Below, in pieces: positions 52,711 to 64,000 of a stretch of DNA of 64,000 nt (the stretch's first letter is position 1; each line of letters starts with the position of its first letter). The notes below the pieces were generated by a model that saw only the letters and a list, made by a program, of their open reading frames with translations, was not told the DNA's origin and did no database searches. The position numbers and the translations under genes were made by a program. Origin of the DNA: Octopus sinensis (lineage: Eukaryota); assembly GCF_006345805.1 (NCBI RefSeq), contig NC_043003.1, positions 54,002,001 to 54,066,000 on the forward strand. Direction: 5' to 3'.

Positions 52711-54092
52711 TTATAATTTCAATTGACGTTATCTTTATTATTAATTGCTATTCATAGGCACCATCGTATTTTGGTAGCTTTAGTTCTCCATCTACCATCG
52801 ACACAACATGGTATAATTCCCCAGTTCGAAACGGTTCGTTCCTTTACGCCAATGGTCTTATGGAATATTCACGGAAACAAAGCATAACTTCGATTCATAT
52901 ATTAAATTCGTATTATTTACATCATTAAGCCTTTTTACAAATTACTCTCCTTCGATCGAACGACCAAGGAATCTTTTATGCATGAGTGCTTTTCCCTTAA
53001 TTATTCCTTTGGACTTAGTCAGTCATCTTTCATATCTCTGAAAACGACAAAATTAGGGCTTTACACTTAGTTCGTCCGGACGTGGCTTGTTAGGCCAATA
53101 TCGGTGTAAAATCTATGGTTAGAATGTGGGAACGTGGTAGCAGGATGAGAACTCGATGGAACTCTTTCTGTGCCACCCCACTTTAGTTTCTCAAATAATT
53201 TCTGATACAGAGTGCTGTGCACCTGATTGAATGGTACTATGCCTTAGTGGACAATCTCGAGCATGATGTTCCCAAGCAGACTGTTCTAAATTACACTATT
53301 TGAAGCGCCACGTTCTGAGCGACTTTACCTTGACCACTTCCACTGCAGCTACAACCACTGCAAACCTTCGGACATAGACACGACAACGGATAAAGAGCCA
53401 TATATGGAAACTATCATGCTACATTCCATAAGATTCACGAAAATACGTTCAGATGTGCAGCATGATCCTCATTGAGGCGCAGAAATGCTGAATCTGTGAT
53501 TTAAACCGAGTCGTTTTGACCGAATAGTTATATTACATATGACTATTTGATGTTGGCGAACCTGGCGCGATACAGCAGCTTGGGAAAATAATTTTTATCA
53601 TTCTTAACAAATCATTTCACTGTTCTATTATTGACCGTTCTGTTGGCCCACAGCAATACATTTTCTATTGCTTAGTAAGTACTTAGTAGGTAGCAAGCAA
53701 TTCGATTGATAATACATAGGGATTTCATATTGAAACTTCACTTCTTAATGACGATATCCAGTAAGTGTGAAACTTATTCTGAGTTGTCCCGTAATTATAA
53801 TATCCATCAACTAATATATTTCTCTTAATTCACAAGGAATCTTATATCAGCATTTTTATATTCCAAGACATGAAAATGGTTTCAGGTACTTGAATACTTT
53901 TAATATCAGAATTAGTTAATATTTATATTTATATAATTACTTTTCTTTAATCAACAAAGATTTTCTATTAAGGAAATCATAAGATGTTGTACAAGCACTT
54001 AGCTTTGAATGCGCTACATCTGAAGCTGATTACGTGATTTAGATTTCCAGCCATTCATTAATGATGTGACGCTCTGTACTCGCCGAACGCTT

Positions 54093-54138
<46 letters not shown>

Positions 54139-54302
54139 GCATATATATACACACATATATATATATATACACACATATATATATACACATATATATATCC
54201 ACAGATATATATGCATATGTATATATAGTATGTATATATAAATATATCGTATATATATACGTAAATATATATATATGTATATATATATATGCATGCATAT
54301 AC

Positions 54303-54346
<44 letters not shown>

Positions 54347-54492
54347 TATGTGAAATAGAAAGATGAATATCTTGTTGTAGATTAATCAAAGTTAACCGTA
54401 CCTAGTAGCAAAAATCACAGCAGTAAACAGCACGGTGGAGGTACAACCATCTGGCGTTGAAACCGTGCGTTGGTGCGGATAATTGAAATTAA

Positions 54493-54652
54493 AACATTAT
54501 TGGTGAATTGAAGAAATGGAGCTGAACGCAGATTGAACAGAAATCGTTTTATTTCGTTCTACACGTGCCTTTCGAAACACGTGTAGAATGAAATAAAACG
54601 ATTTCTGTTCAATCTGCGTTCAGCTCCATTTCTTCAATTCACCAATAATGTT
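54493..54652. repeat. Near-perfect hairpin: 75-bp arms, 10-nt loop
   Basis: 54493-54567 versus 54578-54652, with one mismatch that is a G-U pair on the + RNA. Confidence 0.95.
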
Positions 54653-54929
54653 ATATATATATATATATATATACGTATGTATATATATGCATTTATACGT
54701 ATATAAATATATATGTATATATATATACGTATATATATATGTATATATATATATGTATATATATATATGTATATATATATGTACATATATATATATATTC
54801 ATATATACATGAATATATATACATATATATATGTACATATGTATGTGTGTGTATATATATGTTTGTGTGTGTGTATATGTATATATGATTCTTAACTCCA
54901 AAAAGCCATAAACGGCATGAGAGACCGAA

Positions 54930-55850
54930 CATGCCTTCAGTCAGATCTGTTTGCTATTGTCGAATGGGCAGAAAAAACAATATGCTTTTTAATGAAGATA
55001 AGTTTGATTTGATCCACTTTGAGAAGGAGGAAACTTTGAAATTACCATATGCTCTTTCCTCGGGCGACTCCCTAGTATCATCCAACATTACCAGAGATCT
55101 TGGAGTGATTGGTGATAACAATCTAACCTGCAATTCCCACATTAACAGTAAGGTTGACTTGGCCTGCAAGATGTGCTCCTGGATTCTGAGAACTTTCCGG
55201 TCTAGAGATGCCTACACCATCAACCTTCTCTACTCTACTCTCGCCCGACCCCACCTTGAATACTGTTGTCCACTGTGGACCCCTCAAACGAAAAAACTCA
55301 TTATGAAAGCAGAAGCATTCCAGAAGTTCATAACAAGAAAGATAGCTGGCATGAGAGGCATTGATTATTGGGGTAGACTAGAAAAAAGCTCAAACTTTAC
55401 CCTCTCCAAAGCCGCCGGGAGCGCTACGTCATTAGTGTGATGTGGAAAATATTCCATCAATATCGCACAAGTGATGTTGGTATCAATTTTAAAGTCCATC
55501 CAAGACTTGGCCCCCGTGCTATTCGCCCACTACAAAAATCGAACTCGGTACACATAGCAACATTACGTCACTTTACCTCAACCGGACCAGCTCTCTTTAA
55601 TACCATACCAAAATACGTCAAAACGGAAACGAATCCCATAAAATTTAATCGTTCACTGGACAAATTTCTTCAAAAAATCCCGGACCAGCCTCCTACGCCC
55701 GGACATGTTTCCAACAATAACAATAATGAATCTTTGTTAGAGTGGGCTATGGTGCTCCATATACGACTAAAAGACTTCACCAGGTGGCGCTATTAAGTTA
55801 GACATGGTCTGGACTTATACTGGCCGAAACCTATCAAAGTTATAGAAGTT
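54930..55850 (+). mobile_element. CR1-group LINE, 5'-truncated, with RT thumb/C-terminus and one frameshift
   Basis: NNMLFNEDKF..RDLGVI..WILRTFRSRD..LARPHLEYCCPLWTP..YWGRLEK(frameshift)LKLYSLQSRRERY..SLDKFLQKIPDQPPTPG. Confidence 0.85.
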
Positions 55851-55858
55851 ATACATGC

Positions 55859-55926
<68 letters not shown>

Positions 55927-56088
55927 GAATATATATATATATATAGATGTATATATCTAAATATGTATATGATATATATATTGCATGTATATATATGTAT
56001 ATATATTATATATATAGTTATATGTGTATATATATCTATCTATATATATGTTTAATATATATATCTATATATATGTGATATATATATG

Positions 56089-56120
<32 letters not shown>

Positions 56121-56556
56121 GTCATATATACATACATAAAATTACATACATATACATGTATATACATATGCATATATGCGTACAGGACGTCAAAAACGCC
56201 ATGAATAAACAACATGAAAAAAAAAATACGAAAACATGGAATACGAACTTTTTTACGAACAACGAAAGAAACAAATAGAAAACAAGACAAGTAACATAAA
56301 GAACGGCCTTTCATCAGTTGTCGGTTGTTTATCTACTCCACATTTCGAGAAATTACGACAAGATGTGTCTTCGCGAAAATAGTTGCACTCGCAAAGCAAA
56401 ATAAAATTTGGGATTTGCGAGAGTCAAAGTTGGTAACAAAAACAGGAAGATGAAAACAAACAGGAAGTGTTGCTAAACCATAACGAGGTTAGGTGGCGAA
56501 CACTTGAGGAACATGCTTTGCAGAGCAGGTATGTACATATATGTATGTATATATTC

Positions 56557-56642
<86 letters not shown>

Positions 56643-56747
56643 AATATATGTGTGTGTGTGTGGTGTGTGGTGTGTGTGTTATTTATATTATTATATGAGT
56701 GAACGCCAAGCATCATTTCCGGACAAGTTTATCTATATATCTGTCTG

Positions 56748-56828
<81 letters not shown>

Positions 56829-56829
56829 A

Positions 56830-56910
56830 TGCATGTTTAATACTGAAAAGTTCCAAGCACTTCGCTACCACCGTCCAAAACTGAATATAATACTTACAGA
56901 GTATAAAAAA
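56830..56910 (+). mobile_element. Short CR1 fragment
   Basis: MFNTEKFQALRY resembles MLFNEDKFDLIH of the 54930 copy. Confidence 0.4.
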
Positions 56911-57260
56911 ATAAGTAGAAATTTTACCGGTGAGTGTGTTAAATTATAATGCACAAAAAGAAAATGACTTTCCCAAGACACAACGGAATATGCTTCAACA
57001 CACGAACTCACATAAGGAGTTTTGGAAACCAAATACCAAAGCGAATTATAATATATGCATATGTAAATATTTATATGTAAATGTATATATACATATGCAA
57101 TATATATATAATTATATATATATATATCTAATATACATATAGATATACATGTATATATGTATATTATATATATCTACATGTATATAAATATATATATATA
57201 TATACATGTATATAAATCTATATATATATATACATGTATATAAATATATATCTATATATA

Positions 57261-57684
57261 TATTTTTTATTTATGTTGAGGGTATTACTATACATACATG
57301 CCACACGCTAGGAGGGACGCTTAAAGTCAAAACTATCAAAATAAATAAACACATAGTACTGAATACGAGATAATACAACTCTCGCAGCGAGCCCTTTAAA
57401 AGCGGAATTCAGCTGCATATCCTATGACTTCATAATTAGTGCAGAAATGCACTTTTTAATCTTCAGTGCAAGCATAATTCAAGATTTATAAAAAATGAAC
57501 AAAAATCAACATACCAGACGAACACCCAATGTATCCAGCGTAGTATATAGAATTGTTCACACTTTATTTGTCTATGTTTAAAGGCGGTACTATGTGTTTA
57601 TTTATTTTAGCAGTTTTTATTTTAAGAGTCCCTCCTAGCGTGTGGCATTTATGAATAGTAGTTCCCTCAATATAAATAAATATA
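57261..57684 (-). mobile_element. ~100-bp inverted-repeat unit with internal degenerate hammerhead (57413-57471), probably PLE-derived
   Basis: 57261-57361 pairs with 57585-57684. Minus strand UUGCA-CUGAAGA-..AGUGCA(UUUC)UGCACU..-GAAG-UCAUAGGA-UA/UGCAG. Confidence 0.7.
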
Positions 57685-57784
57685 TTTAAGAGAAAAATTT
57701 TCACGCTAACTACTTGATAAATTCTTATAAAGATTTTATACTATTTTAAAATTATATATATAAATATGTATATATATACATGTA

Positions 57785-57895
<111 letters not shown>

Positions 57896-58307
57896 ATATA
57901 TATATATATACATACATACATACATATATACATACATACATATATATATATATAGTATACTGAGTCTTAACTACACCCGAGCGAAATCGTATTAAACACA
58001 CACATACGTGTGTGTGTGTGGGTGTGTGTAAGCGTGTCAGTATGCCCATACACACACACAAGCACACAGACGTAGGCATGCATGTACGTACGTATGTATG
58101 TATGTATGTATGTATGTATGTATGTATGTATGTATGTATGTATGTATGTATGTATGTGTGCATGCATGTATGTATGATGTATGTGAAATTTCATGTCTAT
58201 CATTACTGTATGCATATTTACCGTAAGGAAAGCTATTTACGGCCACATAAAACAAGCATACATGTAAACAGAGCCGCTGTTCGATGCAAATTAGTTTTCT
58301 CTCCTAT

Positions 58308-58343
<36 letters not shown>

Positions 58344-58804
58344 GCGCGCGCACGCGCACACACACACACACAGTGATATTTGAGTGTGTATATAAGGTAT
58401 TCGCAAAATATTCCCGACCAGAAAAATTTTACTCTACAATAATCCTACATATCCACAGGTTTCAACAGTACGTTAACCGCATTGATCTGCCTTATGAGAC
58501 ATAGATGAATAAAAACATAGACAGCGCCCTCTCCAATTAGACTACAAAACAAACCAGAGTAAACTGCAAAGAAAGAGCGATGAAATACATGTGAAGGCGT
58601 CAGGATAACGTTTTTCTAAATTTTCTTGTTTTCCAAAAAATTTTTCTTTAGCATTTTGTAGACAGACAGAAATATATGCGCCCGTATATGTATGCTTGCA
58701 TGTATGTATGTATGTATGTATGTATGTATGTATGTATGTATGTATGTATGTATGTATGTATGTATGTATGTATGTATGTATGTATGCATGTATGTATGTA
58801 AATG

Positions 58805-58839
<35 letters not shown>

Positions 58840-58845
58840 ATACAT

Positions 58846-59149
58846 ATCACTGTGATCACCGTGACCGACTAGGCTATCAGATGTTGCTACATATCGCTGG
58901 TCACAATGCGCTTCGCATTGTTTTAGCCTTCAAATGACGCCACCCTGCAGGCCAACAGAAGAAAGAGTGAGAAAAAGTTGTGACGAAAGAGTACAGTAGG
59001 GATCGCCACCCCCATCCTCCTGCCGGAGCCTCGTGGACCTTTAGATGTCTTCGCTCAATAAACACTCACAACGCCCGGCCTGGGAATCGAAACCGCGATC
59101 CTCCGACTGCGAGTCCATTGACCTAACCACTGGGTCATTGCGCCTCCAC
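58846..59149 (-). mobile_element. tRNA-derived SINE family D
   Basis: Minus head gtggaggcgcaatgacccagtggttagg...ggtttcgattcccaggcc (A and B boxes); no tRNA 3' arm or CCA. Confidence 0.75.
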
Positions 59150-59998
59150 ACACACACACACAAACGCACACACACATATATATATATTTATTCGGATACA
59201 TGTCTATGCATAAATCTGTCCAATATATACATACATATACCCAGATACGACTATATATATATATATATATATGGTATTTGCGTATATGAAGAGATATACA
59301 GGTTTGACATATATATTCCTTCAAATATACGCACACCTATTAAGCATACATCACGACACCACTAATAACGGCTAACGCATATACACCAATGATTGCGGGC
59401 ATGTACACACGCAAACACACCCAGACACACACACAGACTCTCATGATTATGTAACATCACAGTCAATTAAACTTAGGGTGAGCTAAATAGGATTTGAACA
59501 GGTTAAAAGCTAAAAACGTCAAAACTATCGCTCTGAGAGAAGACGATTTCTAGTCCAATTATTGTAATAGCACTGTTACTGAAGAAGATGGTGCATGTGA
59601 AATGAGGAAGGCTACAAAAGTGGAGACAGCCTTTATTTTATGATAGCGGTGTATCTAGAGATTGGGTAACCATCACAAAAATATCGGAATATAAAATTGT
59701 ATAGATGATTTTATAATATTTTGAGATATAGATACGTACATACATGCATGCATCACAGTATATATGAGAATACACATTTTGCACGCATGCGTATGAGTGG
59801 GCTATAGTGCAAGTGAGAGAGAGATAGAGAGAGAGAGATAGATAGTGATAGAAAGAAAGAAAGAAAGATAGAGGAAATGAGGAAGGAGAGAGGAGAGGCT
59901 GACATGCATGCATATACATGTATACATACATTTATATAGACACACACAAGTACACAGATATATATTAATATGCGCATACATACAAATATACATGCATA

Positions 59999-60042
<44 letters not shown>

Positions 60043-60232
60043 AGGAATTAATGTGATCAATAAGGATCAATACAATTTTAATTAAGTAAATAAACAAGTA
60101 CTATTTTCGTTGTAGATAAGAGTATGTGTTTTTATTACATGTTTGTGTGTGAGTAGTAATGGCTGTATTTGCGGCCATATTTGAACAAATCTCCATCACA
60201 CTCTCTAGCGGTGTGTGTACTTGTATGTGTGC

Positions 60233-60263
<31 letters not shown>

Positions 60264-60556
60264 CATGTATGTATGTATGTATGTATGCATATAAGTACGT
60301 GTGTATGTATCTATGTATGTATCTATGCTTGTATACATACAGATATAAATATACACGCATACAGTTATATATATATATAGATATATATATATATAATATA
60401 TATATATGTATACCACACACAACACATGCCACACACATATATATATACTTACATAGATACATAAATTCACACAAATACATATGTGTGTATGTATGTTGTG
60501 CGTGACTATGTTTACATACATACACACACAAATATTATGCATCTATGTATATATAT

Positions 60557-60594
<38 letters not shown>

Positions 60595-61241
60595 ATTCAT
60601 ATACATGAATATATGCATACATATTACGACTATACACTCAACACCCACCCAACCACACACATATATCGGTATTTTTGTTTGTGTGCATCGGGGGCGTGTG
60701 TGTGTGAATGTATGTTTTGCTGTATGTTTTAACAAAATACAAGTACAAAATTTCTTTTTTTACATAATTCAATGAATGGCAGTGAAAGCAGTAGGAGAGC
60801 AGTAAATAAATTAATGAAAAGAAAAGAAAAAAGATACAAAAACAAAACGACAATAACAAATAATAAAATAAAAGCAAAAATTTGTTTATTTTACCAGTAT
60901 TGTTTTTTTGTATTGTTTAAATAGTAAAACGGACGCCATTAGATATTAGTGCGTATCGGGTTATGATATTATGTATAGGAATATATGATATACGTATATG
61001 AATATATGAGTACGTGAATATATGCGAGAATATGTCTGTTAGTGAGGTGTGACTCTTCCCGGCATGACTTTCGTCTCACAATTCATCAATGTTCATTATT
61101 TATCAGATAGTGGAACAGTTTTCGATAATTGTTTAGAAAGTTTCGCGTATTCATATGAGTGAGTTTGCCAATGGTTTATATGAGTTTATATGTGTACGTT
61201 TGTATATATGAATTAGTGTACGCATGTATGTATATGTTTGT

Positions 61242-61307
<66 letters not shown>

Positions 61308-63224
61308 TATATGTACGTATTTATGTATGCCTATGTATGTGTGTACGTATATATATATGCATGCATATATGTGTGGCAGTATGTATGCGTGCGTGTTTAC
61401 ATGTATGCTTGTACGTATAAACCTATACATGGATGCATATATGCCTTGTATATATCTCGATATATATGCATACATACACACACACACACATATGCATATA
61501 AAACATCACTTTACTGATACACATACCACAGTTATATATTTATGCAATTACATACACCCCCCACATATTTATGATATTATATTGCATATACAAAATAGAA
61601 GAGTTTTGCATAAAAATGCCTTGCAATATAATTTCAAGCTCTTTACTTCCTGAGTTCCCATACCACTGTGGTCAACTTCGTATTCTTTCTGTCCGGTATC
61701 GATAGTTTTAAGTCTCAGCCAAGTATTGCAATTCCTTATTATCGACTTTCTTTCTCCCTGATACTGCAAGCCTTCTTGTATATCAGAGATTATAGAGTGT
61801 CCTCTATATCCTTCCTGTGTTCATAATATAGGATGTTATTCTAGGCAAACTTTGCTGGCATTTTCAGCAAGTTTAAGTATCAAGTAAGAAGATCTCTCGA
61901 TTTCGTTAGTTTGGAATGCATCTTATGGAAGTGTTGTAAGATAGACGTATGGTAATTTTTAAATAATCTATTATGTTGTTGAGTTGTGGTAAACTTATAG
62001 AAAGCCGCGTTCACAATGTGGTTTTTGATATTCAGCGGATCAATTTCACTTAACAAGCTCCTGTGTATTATTTCCTTTGAGATAGCTGACGTATCTCCCT
62101 TTAATTTATTGCAATATGGTAGTAGAGATATCGCACAGACAATACGCTGTCATGGAGAGAAATGGTTGATAATCCGATTCATGGTTTCATATTTTATTTT
62201 ATCATGGTAAAACATATCAGATTTAAACCAGCAATAGTATATTGTTTCTATTATTTCTTTGTTAGAAACAGTACTGTACAATCAGCTAGTCAAGTTGGCG
62301 ACTACACTTCTGTTATCGAAATATTCCAATAGTAGAGTTGTCACTCTTTAAATTTCCAATGATAGAATATTATAACCCCGACGCAATTTTATTTTTATAT
62401 CAACACTAAATAAGTTTTATGCCTATTCATATATCATAAACATAAGAGTAACTTGATTTTTAGATATTTTTTTAGCACAAGTTATAAAGATATTTGGACT
62501 CAGACATTGCCAAATGATTAAGATGTTCGCTTAACACTTTACTGTCGTGAAGTCTCGGGTCATTCCTCAATGCATGGTGACTTAAACCTGTATCTTTTAA
62601 GACTTAGACACCATCTGAACTTTCTAGGAAAATCCAGAGTGTGAGAGCTAAAGGGGAAGAGGATTATACCAGCAGTCAGCTGTTTCTTATTACAATTGAG
62701 TTGCTCGAAGAAACGTTAAATTAAGGCGCCTTGCATGAGCAAGACACCTTAATGTAACGCACCCCTGGTTCACGTGCATATGACCAGGAGCCAAACACTC
62801 TAACCTCTAAGCTGTGCACTTCTACTTAATTGAAGGTGCCTATATTTCAAAGGAACTTTTTTAAGCAGTGTTATGCTTAACCTGCTTGAATGTAACATTA
62901 ATGAAGCAAGCATTAGAATAAACCTCATACACTTACAAGATAATAGAAGGAGAATGTAGGTCCATTGATCCAATAGCTAAACAGTTATATTCATCGTTGA
63001 AGTCGAGGCGAGAGACACAAATATGGATACATTATAAAGAGAAAGTGAAATTGTGTTCAACTGCTCGCTATTTAGCGTATATTAAATTCATATGATAAAT
63101 GCTATATTAAGAATGAACGTTAGATATTAGCCACCAACTAACTTAAAATGACAAATAATGTAATGTGAGCGAAATCGATATATTGCCTACAAACGTAGTG
63201 TCGCCGAAAGAGGAAGACAGAATG

Positions 63225-63310
63225 TTTTGCTTTTTAAATGCATTCATAGACAAAATCCCCGTTGTGTCTTGGAGCCGAAACATGGTCAGTCTTTTAATCA
63301 AAGGGTTAAT
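63225..63310 (-). mobile_element. Dispersed repeat end with piggyBac-like terminus (second copy 17826-17900, + strand)
   Basis: Shared taaccctttgattaaaagactgacc...cacaacgggga. TTAA-CCC is present at the 63.3 kb copy. Confidence 0.4.
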
Positions 63311-64000
63311 ATCTGTGAGAATTCAATGCCAATAAATGGTACTTCTGATAGAGCAGACCTATGACCAAAAGCATTGCATGTCTCTCCAGTCTTTGTTCTC
63401 AGATAAAGTGAATTTTGGATCACATTCTCCAAAGTATCCATTCTTAAGAAGCAGAATGGTCACGTTTGGATTACAGTTGATCATAGTTCATCCTCGTACT
63501 ATACCTCTTGATCCTCCTCATCATCACGTTCATCAAAGTAAGAGATTTGTAGATTAATATTATACAGTAATGTGTTCAGTGAAAGAATTGAATCGATCTT
63601 TACATCGTGCCTCCTCAGCTCCTCTCTTTCCACTAGATACAGCTTAACCAAGCACAGAGGGTTGTGTTCTACATTGAAGTCCATTCTTCTATATAAAAAT
63701 TTTAGGCATACAATTATACGAAACGATAAACCATTCATCTTATCAATTGTGCCTTGAAGTATTGACTATTAGTAAACGCCATTTACTATTGTAAAGTAAT
63801 ATTTTCTAATTGACTTATCCAGAGCTTACAATACAATTTGCTATTCACACAATCCCCACAAGATTTACTTATGCAAAGAAATTTTGTTCTGTAATTGTTT
63901 ATCTTCTTGTTTAAGTCATTGCGTTGCGGCAATGCTGGGGTACTGCCTTGACGGGTTTAGTAAAAGCTCTTACTTTTTAAAAGTATTGTACTGAGTATAT

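Noticed and set aside
56290-56370. CUGAUGA on the minus strand in the 56150-56520 repeat
   Set aside because: No downstream GAAA or stem II/III, and a permuted (type II) fold lacks stem I.
59060-59149. tRNA gene candidates at SINE heads (also 17740-17820, 35720-35800)
   Set aside because: A/B boxes are present but there is no complete cloverleaf, and they continue into SINE bodies.

Overview
AT-rich, microsatellite-dense eukaryotic DNA, most likely from an octopus (coleoid cephalopod). That assignment is inferred from the tRNA-derived SINE families, which resemble the abundant Octopus SINEs; no search was run. I could not support any intact host protein-coding gene, rRNA, tRNA or CRISPR array, and nearly all supplied ORFs are microsatellite or antisense artefacts. 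The window is mainly decayed transposable elements: four tRNA-headed SINE families, decayed RTE, Tx1/L1, CR1 and R4/Dong LINEs, a mariner derivative, a pogo-like MITE, and a ~2.6 kb near-identical tandem duplication. The most striking hidden structure is a dense set of Penelope-like element (PLE) remnants. These include RT and GIY-YIG coding fragments and about ten minimal type-I hammerhead-ribozyme motifs. Two have fully intact cores; others are variants with A6U or an ~80-nt stem II. They sit repeatedly inside inverted-repeat or foldback units next to (TA)n tracts. A decayed hexapeptide-repeat reading frame with a diverged partial paralog (42.1-43.1 kb) is not explained by any repeat I recognise. 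Coordinates of decayed elements are approximate (about +/-10-30 bp).
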